The notes under the pieces: model-generated
Database searches by the model: none
The model's input: the letters and a program-made list of their open reading frames with translations, nothing else
What the model was told of the DNA's origin: nothing
Made by a program: the position numbers and the translations under genes
Shown: positions 12,429 to 21,268 of the stretch, piece after piece
How positions within the stretch are numbered: the stretch's first letter is position 1
Layout of the letters: every line of letters begins with the position of its first letter
From: Kaistia sp.
GTDB lineage: Bacteria > Pseudomonadota > Alphaproteobacteria > Rhizobiales > Kaistiaceae
Length of the DNA: 64,000 nt
Direction of reading: 5' to 3'
Assembly (NCBI GenBank): GCA_963966455.1
Contig: CAWZZK010000053.1
Span: 629 to 64,628 of the forward strand

Positions 12429-13445
12429 GTGATCCACAAGAATTGGCAAGAGCTGATCAAGCCGAACAAGCTCGAGGTTACGCCGGGCTCGGATCCCAAG
12501 CGCCTGGCGACCGTCGTTGCGGAGCCTCTGGAGCGGGGCTTCGGCCTGACGCTCGGCAACGCGCTGCGCCGGGTGCTGCTGTCGTCGCTGCAGGGCGCGG
12601 CGGTGACGGCGGTCCAGATCGACGGTGTGTTGCACGAGTTCTCGTCGATTGGCGGCGTGCGTGAGGATGTGACCGACATCATCCTCAACATCAAGGAAAT
12701 CGCCATCAAGATGCAGGGCGACGGCCCGAAGCGGATGGTGGTGCGCAAGCAGGGTCCTGGCGTCGTCACCGCTGGCGACATCCAGACCGTCGGCGATGTC
12801 GAGGTGCTCAACCCCGAGCTCGTGCTGTGCACGCTCGACGAGGGCGCCGAGATCCGCATGGAGTTCACGGTCAACACCGGCAAGGGTTACGTGCCGGCCG
12901 ACCGCAACCGGCCCGAGGACGCGCCGATCGGCCTGATCCCGGTCGACAGCATCTACTCGCCGGTCAAGAAGGTCTCCTACCGGGTCGAGAACACCCGCGA
13001 GGGCCAGGTGCTCGACTATGACAAGCTGACGCTGTCGGTCGAGACGGACGGCTCGCTGCGTCCGGACGACGCCGTCGCCTATGCGGCGCGCATCGTGCAA
13101 GACCAGCTGTCGATCTTCGTCAATTTCGAGGAGCCCCAGAAGGAGACGGCGACGGAGAGCATTCCGGAGCTCGCCTTCAACCCGGCGCTGCTCAAGAAGG
13201 TGGACGAGCTGGAGCTCTCTGTGCGCTCGGCCAACTGCCTGAAGAACGACAACATCGTCTATATCGGCGACCTCATCCAGAAGACCGAAGCCGAGATGCT
13301 CCGGACTCCGAATTTTGGTCGCAAGTCGCTCAACGAGATCAAGGAAGTTCTCGCCCAGATGGGTCTCCATCTCGGCATGGAGGTCACGAACTGGCCGCCG
13401 GAGAACATCGAGGAACTCGCCAAGCGCTACGAAGACCATTATTGA
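12429..13445 (+). CDS. rpoA: DNA-directed RNA polymerase subunit alpha
   Basis: 338-aa ORF with a GTG start. [17 protein letters not shown] and the C-terminal [13 protein letters not shown] are conserved RpoA blocks. Confidence 0.98.
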   Translation: MIHKNWQELIKPNKLEVTPGSDPKRLATVVAEPLERGFGLTLGNALRRVLLSSLQGAAVTAVQIDGVLHEFSSIGGVREDVTDIILNIKEIAIKMQGDGPKRMVVRKQGPGVVTAGDIQTVGDVEVLNPELVLCTLDEGAEIRMEFTVNTGKGYVPADRNRPEDAPIGLIPVDSIYSPVKKVSYRVENTREGQVLDYDKLTLSVETDGSLRPDDAVAYAARIVQDQLSIFVNFEEPQKETATESIPELAFNPALLKKVDELELSVRSANCLKNDNIVYIGDLIQKTEAEMLRTPNFGRKSLNEIKEVLAQMGLHLGMEVTNWPPENIEELAKRYEDHY

Positions 13446-13493
13446 GATCGCACCCACGGCGTGAGCCGCCGGTCAATTCTGTAGGAGAGAGCC

Positions 13494-13925
13494 ATGCGCC
13501 ACGGTAATTCGGGCCGCAAGTTCAGCCGCACCGCCAGCCATCGCAAGGCGATGTTCGCCAATATGGCTGCCGCGCTGATCACGCACGAGCAGATCACCAC
13601 CACGCTGCCGAAGGCGAAGGACCTGCGTCCGATCGTCGAGAAGCTCGTGACCCTCGGCAAGCGGGGCGACCTGCATGCCCGCCGCCAGGCGATCGCCGAG
13701 CTGCGCGATGTCGCTGCCGCGAAGAAGCTCTTCGACACGCTCGGTCCGCGTTACAAGGAGCGGAACGGCGGCTACACGCGCGTTCTCAAGGCCGGCTTCC
13801 GCTATGGCGACAACGCCGCCGTCGCCGTGATCGAGTTCGTCGATCGCGACGTCGAGGCGAAGGGCGCCGCTGATCGCGCGCGTACCGCGGCCGCCGAGGC
13901 CGAGGGCGAGGCCGTTGCGGCCTGA
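13494..13925 (+). CDS. rplQ: 50S ribosomal protein L17
   Basis: 143-aa ORF starting [20 protein letters not shown], typical of bL17. It is the last gene of the alpha operon. Confidence 0.97.
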   Translation: MRHGNSGRKFSRTASHRKAMFANMAAALITHEQITTTLPKAKDLRPIVEKLVTLGKRGDLHARRQAIAELRDVAAAKKLFDTLGPRYKERNGGYTRVLKAGFRYGDNAAVAVIEFVDRDVEAKGAADRARTAAAEAEGEAVAA

Positions 13926-13947
13926 TCGTCCGGTCATCGAATCAGCG

Positions 13948-13975
13948 AAAAGGCGGCCTCCGGGCCGCCTTTTTC
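13948..13975. terminator. Rho-independent, potentially bidirectional terminator after rplQ
   Basis: AAAAGGCGGCC-TCCG-GGCCGCCTTTT. The perfect 8-bp stem is 13951-13958 / 13963-13970, with an A-run upstream and a T-run downstream. It sits between convergent genes. Confidence 0.85.
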
Positions 13976-13999
13976 ATTGTGGGCTTTGCGAAGAGGCGC

Positions 14000-14719
14000 T
14001 CACGGACGCGGTGCGAGCGGCGGCGGGAAGGCGAGAATCTCGCTGGTGTAGTTTTCCGCAACGAGGCTGAAGGCGGTCCCGTCCGGCTTCTTCAGCACGG
14101 CGCGGTGCGCGAGCACGAATCGCGGGATCTCGAGGCTCTCGCCAGGCTTCGACGCCGGGGCTCCCTTTGCCGAAGCGAGTGTTTCCCATCCATCCGGCAG
14201 CGGATGCCACACCAGTTTCGCATCGAGCGTCGTACGCGAGAAGCCGAGCGGTTTGACGACACGGCCGAAGGCGGTGTCCGTCGTCTCGAGTTCGCGGTTC
14301 ATGGCCTCGGTGAGCTGGCCGGGCCGATACCAGTTGTCGGCCTCGGACAGCACGCGGCTGCCGCAGGTGAGGCGGACGCGGCGATGCACGATCCGCTCGT
14401 CGGGCGTCGCGCCCAGGGCCGCGCGGATATCGGCATCGGCCGGCTTTTCGGCGCCCTCGACCCGTTGGGCCACGATCTTGCTGCCTGCAGGCGCCAGCGC
14501 GTGATCGGCGCACCAGCGATCAAGCGTCAGCGTCGCGGAGGGCGTCGAGAGCAGCGTCGCGTTCAGCGTCTGGATGAGGGCGAGGGCGGCGAGGCGGGCC
14601 TCGGTCGTATCCGGCCAGGCGGGCGGCGCCGGCTCGCGGGCAGTCGCAGGCGTGGCCGCGATCAGGACGGCGATCGACGCGCCGGCGAGGGCGCGGGCGA
14701 AGCGGGGAAGCACGGCCAT
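14000..14719 (-). CDS. secreted hypothetical protein (Sec signal peptide; possible chorismate-lyase/UTRA-like fold)
   Basis: I chose the internal ATG at 14719 of ORF 14000..14941. The N-terminus MAVLPRFARALAGASIAVLIAATPATA-RE looks like a signal peptide. The block RRVRLTCGSRVLSEADNWY...FGRVVKPLGFSRTTL resembles UbiC-fold proteins from memory only. The start overlaps the upstream gene's stop by 1 nt. Confidence 0.7.
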   Translation of the reverse strand: MAVLPRFARALAGASIAVLIAATPATAREPAPPAWPDTTEARLAALALIQTLNATLLSTPSATLTLDRWCADHALAPAGSKIVAQRVEGAEKPADADIRAALGATPDERIVHRRVRLTCGSRVLSEADNWYRPGQLTEAMNRELETTDTAFGRVVKPLGFSRTTLDAKLVWHPLPDGWETLASAKGAPASKPGESLEIPRFVLAHRAVLKKPDGTAFSLVAENYTSEILAFPPPLAPRP

Positions 14720-15732
14720 CAGAGCTTTTCCAGCGACGTGAAGCGGAAGAGGAAGCTCGGTTCGGTCATAGACTGGTCGAGCGACAGGCGGCTCGAGCGA
14801 TAGCAGTCCGGCTCGTCCGAGAAGAATGTGCCGGAGAAGCGGATCGCGTCGCCTTGCGCCAGCTTGCCGACCGCGGCGGCGAGCGGCGTCCCGGCGAGGA
14901 TCAGCGTCTTGTCCTCGATATCGGACATGGCATTGTTCCACGTCTTCACCAGCGTGCCGTCCGGCAGCGCGACGGAGAGGATCGTGCGCCCGCCCGGATC
15001 GCGCTCGACTTCCTTGATCGCGCCGACCCAGCCATTGACTTCCGGCTTCTTGACGGCGGCGCAGATGGCGGCGGCGCGCGTCGACTGCAGCGCCACGCGG
15101 GCGTCGTAATCTGCCTTCTCATAGGCCGCCCGAGCGTCGCCGACCGCCTTGATGAAGGCCGTCTCGTCGCGCGACTGCTTGTCGGCGAGAGCTGCGAGCT
15201 TCTCGGCCTCGCTCGGCTGCGGCGGTGCGGGCGGCGGCGCCGGGACCTCAGGCGCGGGCTGTGGCGCGGGGAGGGCGGCGGTCGGGTCGGGAACTGCCGC
15301 CTGCGGAGTGGCTGGCGGGGCTGCCGCCAGGGGATCGGTCTCGGTGCCGACGACGGTGGTCGTGGTGACGGATACGGGAGCGGGCAGCTTGCCCGGCTCC
15401 AGCTGCGATTCGTCCTTCGAAGCGGCGGGATCGGCGGCCGGCGGCGCGGCGGGCGCAGGCGCGGGCGGAGCCGGCTCGGCTTCCGCCGGCTGTGCGGGCT
15501 CGGGATCGACGGCGATCGGCTCTGTGACGATCGGCTGCGGCGAGGGCAGGGCGGCGATGTCGAAGCCTGGCAGGCGCGGTTTCACGATCGCGCCGCCGGC
15601 ACCGACGATGACGGCGAGCAGGCCGAGCGATGTGAAGACGCTGTTGACGAGCCGCGGACCGCGGAGGATCAGCGGCACGACGCCGGCGAGCAACAAGACG
15701 AGGCCGGCGATGAAGAGCAGAACCCAGAGCAT
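14719..15732 (-). CDS. membrane-anchored protein with a Pro/Ala-rich spacer and a C-terminal domain of unknown family
   Basis: I chose ATG 15732 (AAGGA Shine-Dalgarno upstream) inside ORF 14719..15930. The product has an N-terminal hydrophobic MLWVLLFIAGLVLLLAGVVPLIL and a second hydrophobic stretch. A PAPAPAAPP-type linker follows, then a domain of about 165 aa. Confidence 0.7.
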   Translation of the reverse strand: MLWVLLFIAGLVLLLAGVVPLILRGPRLVNSVFTSLGLLAVIVGAGGAIVKPRLPGFDIAALPSPQPIVTEPIAVDPEPAQPAEAEPAPPAPAPAAPPAADPAASKDESQLEPGKLPAPVSVTTTTVVGTETDPLAAAPPATPQAAVPDPTAALPAPQPAPEVPAPPPAPPQPSEAEKLAALADKQSRDETAFIKAVGDARAAYEKADYDARVALQSTRAAAICAAVKKPEVNGWVGAIKEVERDPGGRTILSVALPDGTLVKTWNNAMSDIEDKTLILAGTPLAAAVGKLAQGDAIRFSGTFFSDEPDCYRSSRLSLDQSMTEPSFLFRFTSLEKL

Positions 15733-15956
15733 CGGTATCCTTCTCGCCCCGCGGCTATTATCCAGAAGCGGACCACGGCGCCAAGTGCCGAATCGGGCGG
15801 AATGAGATGCTCCACCCACGCGGGGCGGAAGCCAAGGAAGGATTGCCGGCGCGACGGCTGGCGCTCTCGCCGTTGCGTCGGGGTGCTGCGGCCATGGGGT
15901 CGCCTCAATTGATGGCGAATCGTCGCCCAAGGCTTGGAACCGAGGAGATCGAACGC

Positions 15957-17360
15957 ATGCGGCGACTGGTGATGACGGCTCTGGCGATGGCGATGCTCGC
16001 GACGGCGGCTCCGGCCCGCGCAGCCGAGCCGGTAGTCCCGCCCTCGCAGGCGGCGCTGGTCTATTCCTTCGCGCCGCTGGTGAAGGGCGTGTCGCCGGCG
16101 GTCGTCAACGTCTATGCCTCGCGAACGGTGCGCCAGCGCGTCTCGCCCTTCATGGACGATCCGTTCTTCCGCCAGTTCTTTGGCGGCGGCGGCATGGCCA
16201 CACGGCCGCGCGTACAGCAGTCGCTGGGATCGGGCGTCATCATCGACAAGTCCGGCGTCGTGGTGACCAATTATCACGTGATCGCCAATGCCGACGAGGT
16301 GAAGGTCGCGCTCGCCGACAAGCGGGAACTCGCCGCCGACATCGTCATGAAGGACGAGCGGATGGATCTAGCCGTCCTGCGCCTCAAGGGCGGTAGCGGC
16401 GACTTCCCGACCATCGCCTTCGCCGATTCCGATGCGCTCGCCGTCGGCGACCTCGTGCTCGCGATCGGCGATCCCTTCGGCGTCGGCCAGACCGTCACCA
16501 GCGGCATCGTCTCCGCGCTCGCCCGCACGCAGATGGGCGCCTCCGACTACCAGTTCTATATCCAGACCGACGCGGCGATTAATCCCGGCAATTCGGGCGG
16601 CGCGCTCGTGGACATGCAGGGCCGGCTGGTCGGCATCAACACCGCGATCTATTCCCGCTCGGGTGGGTCGATCGGCATCGGCTTCGCCATTCCCAGCAAT
16701 ATGGTGCGGGTCGTCGTCGCCGCGGCGCTCAACGGCAAGCGGGTGCAGCTTCCCTGGATCGGCGCGGACTTCCAGCAGGTGACGCCCGATCTCGCGGCCG
16801 GGCTCGGGCTCGACCGGGCGCGCGGCGCACTGGTCGCTTCGGTGACGGATGGCAGCCCGGCGGAAAAGGCGGGCCTGAGGGCCGGTGATCTCGTCGTCAG
16901 CGCCGATGCCGTCGATGTCGACGATCCGCCCTCGCTCAACTACCGCCTCGTGACGAAGGGCATCGGTTCCTCGGTCGAACTCGGCGTCATTCGTGCCGGC
17001 AAAGCCGAGAAAGCGACGATCGCGCTGGAGGCGGCACCCGAGATTCCGCCGCGCGACGAGCGGCTGATCGACATCGAGTCACCCTTCGCCGGGGCGACGG
17101 TCGTCAATCTTTCGCCGGCCGTCATCGCCGATCTCGGTTATAAAGGGCGCCGCAGCAAGGGTGTTCTGGTCGAGAAGGTGGCGGAGGACTCGATTGCGTC
17201 GCGCGTCGGATTCCAGGCCGGCGACGTCATTGTCGAGGTCAACGGCGTGCCGGTCGACGCGACGCGCACGCTCGCCGATCTCGCCCGCCAGCGCTTCGAT
17301 CTGTGGCGGCTGGCCATCGAGCGCGACGGCCGGCTGATCCGATCCACCATCGGAGGATGA
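15957..17360 (+). CDS. periplasmic serine endoprotease, DegP/HtrA (Do) family, two PDZ domains
   Basis: ATG 15957 gives the signal peptide MRRLVMTALAMAMLATAAPARA. The trypsin-like motifs TNYHV and GNSGGALV are present, and the C-terminal half is PDZ-like. Confidence 0.93.
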   Translation: MRRLVMTALAMAMLATAAPARAAEPVVPPSQAALVYSFAPLVKGVSPAVVNVYASRTVRQRVSPFMDDPFFRQFFGGGGMATRPRVQQSLGSGVIIDKSGVVVTNYHVIANADEVKVALADKRELAADIVMKDERMDLAVLRLKGGSGDFPTIAFADSDALAVGDLVLAIGDPFGVGQTVTSGIVSALARTQMGASDYQFYIQTDAAINPGNSGGALVDMQGRLVGINTAIYSRSGGSIGIGFAIPSNMVRVVVAAALNGKRVQLPWIGADFQQVTPDLAAGLGLDRARGALVASVTDGSPAEKAGLRAGDLVVSADAVDVDDPPSLNYRLVTKGIGSSVELGVIRAGKAEKATIALEAAPEIPPRDERLIDIESPFAGATVVNLSPAVIADLGYKGRRSKGVLVEKVAEDSIASRVGFQAGDVIVEVNGVPVDATRTLADLARQRFDLWRLAIERDGRLIRSTIGG

Positions 17361-17361
17361 G

Positions 17362-18672
17362 GTGAGCAATCTGTTCGAGGCGGCCGGGCTGGAGAAGGCG
17401 GCGCCGCGGCCGCTGGCCGACCGGCTGCGGCCGACCCGCCTCGCCGCGGTCGTCGGACAGGATCATCTCGTCGGCGAGACCGGCGCGCTCACCCGCATGC
17501 TGAATTCCGGCTCGCTCGGCTCCATGATCTTCTGGGGCCCGCCCGGCACCGGCAAGACGACGGTGGCGCGGCTGCTGGCCGGCGAGACGGAGCTGCATTT
17601 CGAGCAGATCTCGGCGGTCTTCTCGGGCGTCGCCGACCTCAAGAAGGCCTTCGAGCAGGCGCGCGCCCGCCGCCAGATGGGCCGCGGCACGTTGCTCTTC
17701 GTCGACGAGATCCACCGCTTCAATCGCGCGCAGCAGGACAGTTTCCTTCCCGTGATGGAGGACGGCACCGTCACATTGGTCGGCGCGACGACGGAGAACC
17801 CGTCCTTCGAGCTCAACGCGGCGCTCCTGTCGCGCGCCCGTGTGCTGGTCTTCCATTCCCACGACGCCCAGTCGATCGGCCAATTGCTGACGCGCGCCGA
17901 GGAGGAGGAAAAGCGGCCGCTCCCGCTCGACGAGGAGGCACGGGCAGTGCTGGTCCGGATGGCCGATGGCGACGGCCGCGCGGCGCTGACGCTCGCCGAG
18001 GAAGTCTGGCGCGCGGCGCGAGCGGGCGAAATTTTCGATGCCGCGGCCCTGCAGGAGATCGTGCAGCGGCGCGCGCCGATCTACGACAAGGGCCAGGACG
18101 GGCACTACAATCTCATATCCGCCCTGCACAAATCGGTGCGCGGCTCCGATCCGGACGCGGCGCTCTATTATCTTGCCCGCATGTTCGATGCCGGCGAGGA
18201 CCCGCTCTATCTCGGGCGCCGACTGGTGCGCATGGCGATCGAGGATATCGGCCTCGCCGATCCGCAGGCGCTGGTGATCGCCAATGCGGCCAAGGATGCC
18301 TACGATTATCTCGGCAGCCCGGAAGGGGAGCTCGCCTTCGCGCAGGTCGCCGTCTATCTCGCGACCGCGCCGAAATCGAACGCCGTCTACACCGCCTTCA
18401 AGGCCGCGACGGACGTCGCCAAGAAGGGCGGCTCGCTGCTGCCGCCGAAGACGATCCTCAACGCGCCGACCAAGCTCATGAAGACCGAGGGCTACGGCTC
18501 GGGCTACCGCTACGACCATGACGAGCCCGACGCCTTTTCCGGGCAGGATTATTTCCCCGAGGCGCTCGGCCGCCAGACCTTCTACGAGCCCGTCGAGCGC
18601 GGCTTCGAGCGCGAGATCAGGAAGCGGCTCGAATATTGGGCGAAGCTTCGGAAAGAGCGGGGAGGCGGGTAG
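17362..18672 (+). CDS. rarA: replication-associated recombination protein A (AAA+ ATPase)
   Basis: 436-aa ORF with a GTG start 1 nt after the protease stop. It has Walker A GPPGTGKTT, then LFVDEIHRFN and the conserved C-terminal MgsA blocks HYNLISALHKSVRGSD. Confidence 0.95.
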   Translation: MSNLFEAAGLEKAAPRPLADRLRPTRLAAVVGQDHLVGETGALTRMLNSGSLGSMIFWGPPGTGKTTVARLLAGETELHFEQISAVFSGVADLKKAFEQARARRQMGRGTLLFVDEIHRFNRAQQDSFLPVMEDGTVTLVGATTENPSFELNAALLSRARVLVFHSHDAQSIGQLLTRAEEEEKRPLPLDEEARAVLVRMADGDGRAALTLAEEVWRAARAGEIFDAAALQEIVQRRAPIYDKGQDGHYNLISALHKSVRGSDPDAALYYLARMFDAGEDPLYLGRRLVRMAIEDIGLADPQALVIANAAKDAYDYLGSPEGELAFAQVAVYLATAPKSNAVYTAFKAATDVAKKGGSLLPPKTILNAPTKLMKTEGYGSGYRYDHDEPDAFSGQDYFPEALGRQTFYEPVERGFEREIRKRLEYWAKLRKERGGG

Positions 18673-18674
18673 CC

Positions 18675-19859
18675 TCAGCCCTCCCGTCTTGCGCGTCCCG
18701 GAGCACCGGCGATGAGCGGGATTGTCAGGCCATAGAGCGCCGCGCCAACGACCCAGACCAGCCCCGGGAAGACGGGGCGAGAGGCGAAATAGAGGCTGCT
18801 GATCGCCAGCGGCCCGAAGATCGAGGCGAGGCTGGTCATAGAGGCGAGTACGCCCTGCAGCCTCCCCTGATGGTCGCCGTCGACACGCGCGGTCACCAGC
18901 GACTGGAGGGCCGGCATGCTGACGCCGCCGAGGCAGAAAAGCGGCAGCAGCAGAAAGGCCATCCACCCGACGGTCGTCACGGCGATCAGGATATAGGCGG
19001 CGGCATCCGCGGTCATGCCGATGAAGAGAGCCCGCTTTTCGCCGAGGCGCTCGGTGAGCGGGCCGACGAGGAAGGCCTGCGCCAGCGCATGCAGCAGGCC
19101 GAAGCCCGCCAGCGAGATGCCGATCGTCACCGGGCTCCACGCGAACCGATCTTCGCCATAGAGCACCCAGATCGTTCCGGCGATCTCGCCGATGAAGCTG
19201 AAGGCGACAAAGGCGCCGATCAGCGGAAGCAGCGCGGGAAAGCCCAGCGCCCAGCGAAGTGGCGCGAGCGGATTGAGCGAGGGTCGGGTGGTGCCCGCCG
19301 GCACCGCGGGCCGCGACTCGCGGACAAGGAAGAAGGTGACCAGCAGGTTGGCCGCATTGAGCAGCGCCGCGGCCAGGAACGGCGCGCGGATCCAGACCTC
19401 GCCGAGCATCCCGCCCACGACCGGACCGGCGATGAAGCCGAGGCCGAAACAGGCGCTGAGCTGGCCGAACCGGCGCGCCCGCATATGCTCGGGCGTCACA
19501 TCGGCGATATAGGCGGACGCGACGGCCATGTTGGCGGCGGTCACGCCGGCGATGGCGCGGCCGACGAAGAGCAGGATGAGCGAGGGCGCGAAGGCCATGA
19601 AGAGATAGTCGATCGCGGCACCGGCCAGCGACATGAGGAGGACGGGACGCCGGCCGAGCCGGTCGGAGAGCATGCCGAGCAACGGCGAGGCGAGAAACTG
19701 CATCATAGCGTAGAGCGACAGGAACGCCCCGAACCGCCAGCCGAGATCGCCGACATGGCCGACATCGCGCAGCAGACCTGGAATGATGGGAAGCGTCAGC
19801 CCGATGCCGGCCGCATCGAGCGTGATCGTTGCAAAGATGGCAAGAAGGGAGCGGTTCAT
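18675..19859 (-). CDS. tetA: tetracycline-efflux-type MFS transporter (12-TMS, TetA class A/C/G-like)
   Basis: 394-aa ORF. TLDAAGIGLTLPIIPGLLRD, LSDRLGRRPVLL, GEDRFAWSPVTIGISLA and MPALQSL are collinear with TetA(A)/(C) as I remember those sequences. It is divergent from a TetR gene. Confidence 0.85.
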   Translation of the reverse strand: MNRSLLAIFATITLDAAGIGLTLPIIPGLLRDVGHVGDLGWRFGAFLSLYAMMQFLASPLLGMLSDRLGRRPVLLMSLAGAAIDYLFMAFAPSLILLFVGRAIAGVTAANMAVASAYIADVTPEHMRARRFGQLSACFGLGFIAGPVVGGMLGEVWIRAPFLAAALLNAANLLVTFFLVRESRPAVPAGTTRPSLNPLAPLRWALGFPALLPLIGAFVAFSFIGEIAGTIWVLYGEDRFAWSPVTIGISLAGFGLLHALAQAFLVGPLTERLGEKRALFIGMTADAAAYILIAVTTVGWMAFLLLPLFCLGGVSMPALQSLVTARVDGDHQGRLQGVLASMTSLASIFGPLAISSLYFASRPVFPGLVWVVGAALYGLTIPLIAGAPGRARREG

Positions 19860-19876
19860 GATCGATCGCTGCAGAA

Positions 19877-19893
19877 CTTTATCGTTGATAAAG
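19877..19893. promoter_or_regulatory. tetO-like operator palindrome in the tetA/tetR divergent promoter region
   Basis: CTTTATC-GTT-GATAAAG has perfect 7-bp inverted arms. It is an AT-rich island in a 74-bp intergenic region, 18 nt from the tetA start and 41 nt from the tetR start. Compare canonical tetO TCTATCA-T-TGATAGA. Confidence 0.7.
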
Positions 19894-19933
19894 ATTCTGT
19901 AGGCGCGAACGGCAGATTTGGCAAGGAGGTCGG

Positions 19934-20572
19934 ATGAAGGTCGATCGGGCGCGTATTCTCGACGAGGCGCTCTCGCTCCTGAACGAGGTCGGCGTTGACG
20001 GACTCACGACGCGGATGCTGGCGGCCCGCCTCGGGGTCCAGCAGCCGGCGCTCTACTGGCATTTCAGGAACAAGCGCGCCCTCCTCGATGCGATGAACGA
20101 GGAGATTCTCGCCCGGCGGCCCCAGCGCGCGCCCCCGGCCAGCAGCGCCGACTGGCGGCCCTTTCTCGAGGCGAATGCCGGCGACTTCCGCGATGCGCTG
20201 ACGGCCTGGCGCGATGGCGGCCGCGTGCATGCCGGCACCGAGGCCGGTCCGCATGACCTCGACCGGATCGAGGCGCAATTGCGCTTCCTGACTGGCGCCG
20301 GCTTCACCCCGACCTTCGCCATGGACCTCGTCATCGCGATCAGCCGCTACACGGTCGGCTGCGTCGTCGAGGAGCAGGCGGAGGGCGCAGACGAAGCGTC
20401 GCGCCAGGCATTGGAGGAGAGCGCTCGCGACTATCCGCTCACGGGCATCGCGCTACGCCACTATCGGACGAGCAGCCACAAGGCGGCGTTCGAGCGGGGA
20501 CTGAGGATGCTGCTGGACGGCGCCGAGGCCGCGCTGGAGGGGATGAGAAGAGGCGACCCGCTGAGACCGTGA
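19934..20572 (+). CDS. tetR: tetracycline repressor TetR
   Basis: 212-aa ORF. LLNEVGVDGLTTRMLAARLGVQQPALYWHFRNKRALLDAM nearly matches the TetR(A)-type HTH as I recall it. The downstream blocks WRDGGRVHAGT and QLRFL are also present. Confidence 0.9.
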   Translation: MKVDRARILDEALSLLNEVGVDGLTTRMLAARLGVQQPALYWHFRNKRALLDAMNEEILARRPQRAPPASSADWRPFLEANAGDFRDALTAWRDGGRVHAGTEAGPHDLDRIEAQLRFLTGAGFTPTFAMDLVIAISRYTVGCVVEEQAEGADEASRQALEESARDYPLTGIALRHYRTSSHKAAFERGLRMLLDGAEAALEGMRRGDPLRP

Positions 20573-20638
20573 TCAAGGCCGGCTTGGCGGGCGCTCGTCA
20601 CTCTGGCTAGGATCGCGTCGGTTCAGCGCTAGGCGGAG

Positions 20639-21265
20639 ATGCCCATGTTCCTCATCGGCCAATACGATTCCCCCTTCGTCCGCCGCGTCGGCATCGCGCT
20701 GCGGCTCTATGAGCTGCCTTTCGAGCATCGGCCGTGGTCGAGCTTCGGGGATGCCGAGAAGATCGCGGCTTATAATCCGCTCCGGCGGGTGCCGACGCTA
20801 GTGCTGGACAGCGGCGAGGTGCTGATCGAGAGCGCGGCGATCCTCGATTATCTGGACGAGGAAGCGGGCGAGGGGCGGGCCCTGATCGCGGCGCACGGGC
20901 CGGAGCGGCGGCGGGCGCTGAAGGTCGCGGCGCTGGCAACGGGCCTCGCCGACAAGGCAGTGATCCTCTTCTACGAGGGCGTGCTGCACAAGGATAAGTC
21001 TGAGGTGTGGGTCGCGCGCTGCAAGGCTCAGATCGGCGCGGTGCTGGACGCTCTCGAGGAGGACCGCGCGGCGCGGCCGACGTCGTATTGGTTCGGCGAT
21101 GGGATCGGCCATGCCGACATCGCGGTCGCGGCGGCGCTGCGCTTCGTCAGGGATGTCCACCCGGACCTCTTCGGCCATCATCCGGCGCTGGAGGCGCATT
21201 CGGCGCGCTGCGAAGCGCTGCCGGTCTTCATCGAGATTTCGCAGCCCTTCGTGCCACCGGCCTGA
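20639..21265 (+). CDS. glutathione S-transferase family protein
   Basis: 208-aa ORF. The N-terminal thioredoxin-like part has SPFVRRV and RRVPTLVLD, which fit a GST fold. Confidence 0.85.
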   Translation: MPMFLIGQYDSPFVRRVGIALRLYELPFEHRPWSSFGDAEKIAAYNPLRRVPTLVLDSGEVLIESAAILDYLDEEAGEGRALIAAHGPERRRALKVAALATGLADKAVILFYEGVLHKDKSEVWVARCKAQIGAVLDALEEDRAARPTSYWFGDGIGHADIAVAAALRFVRDVHPDLFGHHPALEAHSARCEALPVFIEISQPFVPPA

Positions 21266-21268
21266 GGA

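Noticed and set aside
17239-19140. 633-aa ORF on the minus strand across rarA. Also the upstream 420 aa of ORF 25160..26782, antisense to dgt.
   Set aside because: Both are antisense to well-supported genes. Only the last 118 aa of 25160..26782 (erpA) show real protein features.
19894-19933. A second tet operator (O2) in the tetA/tetR spacer.
   Set aside because: Only weak dyad symmetry (TCTG...CAGA) is present. Nothing is comparable to the 19877-19893 palindrome.
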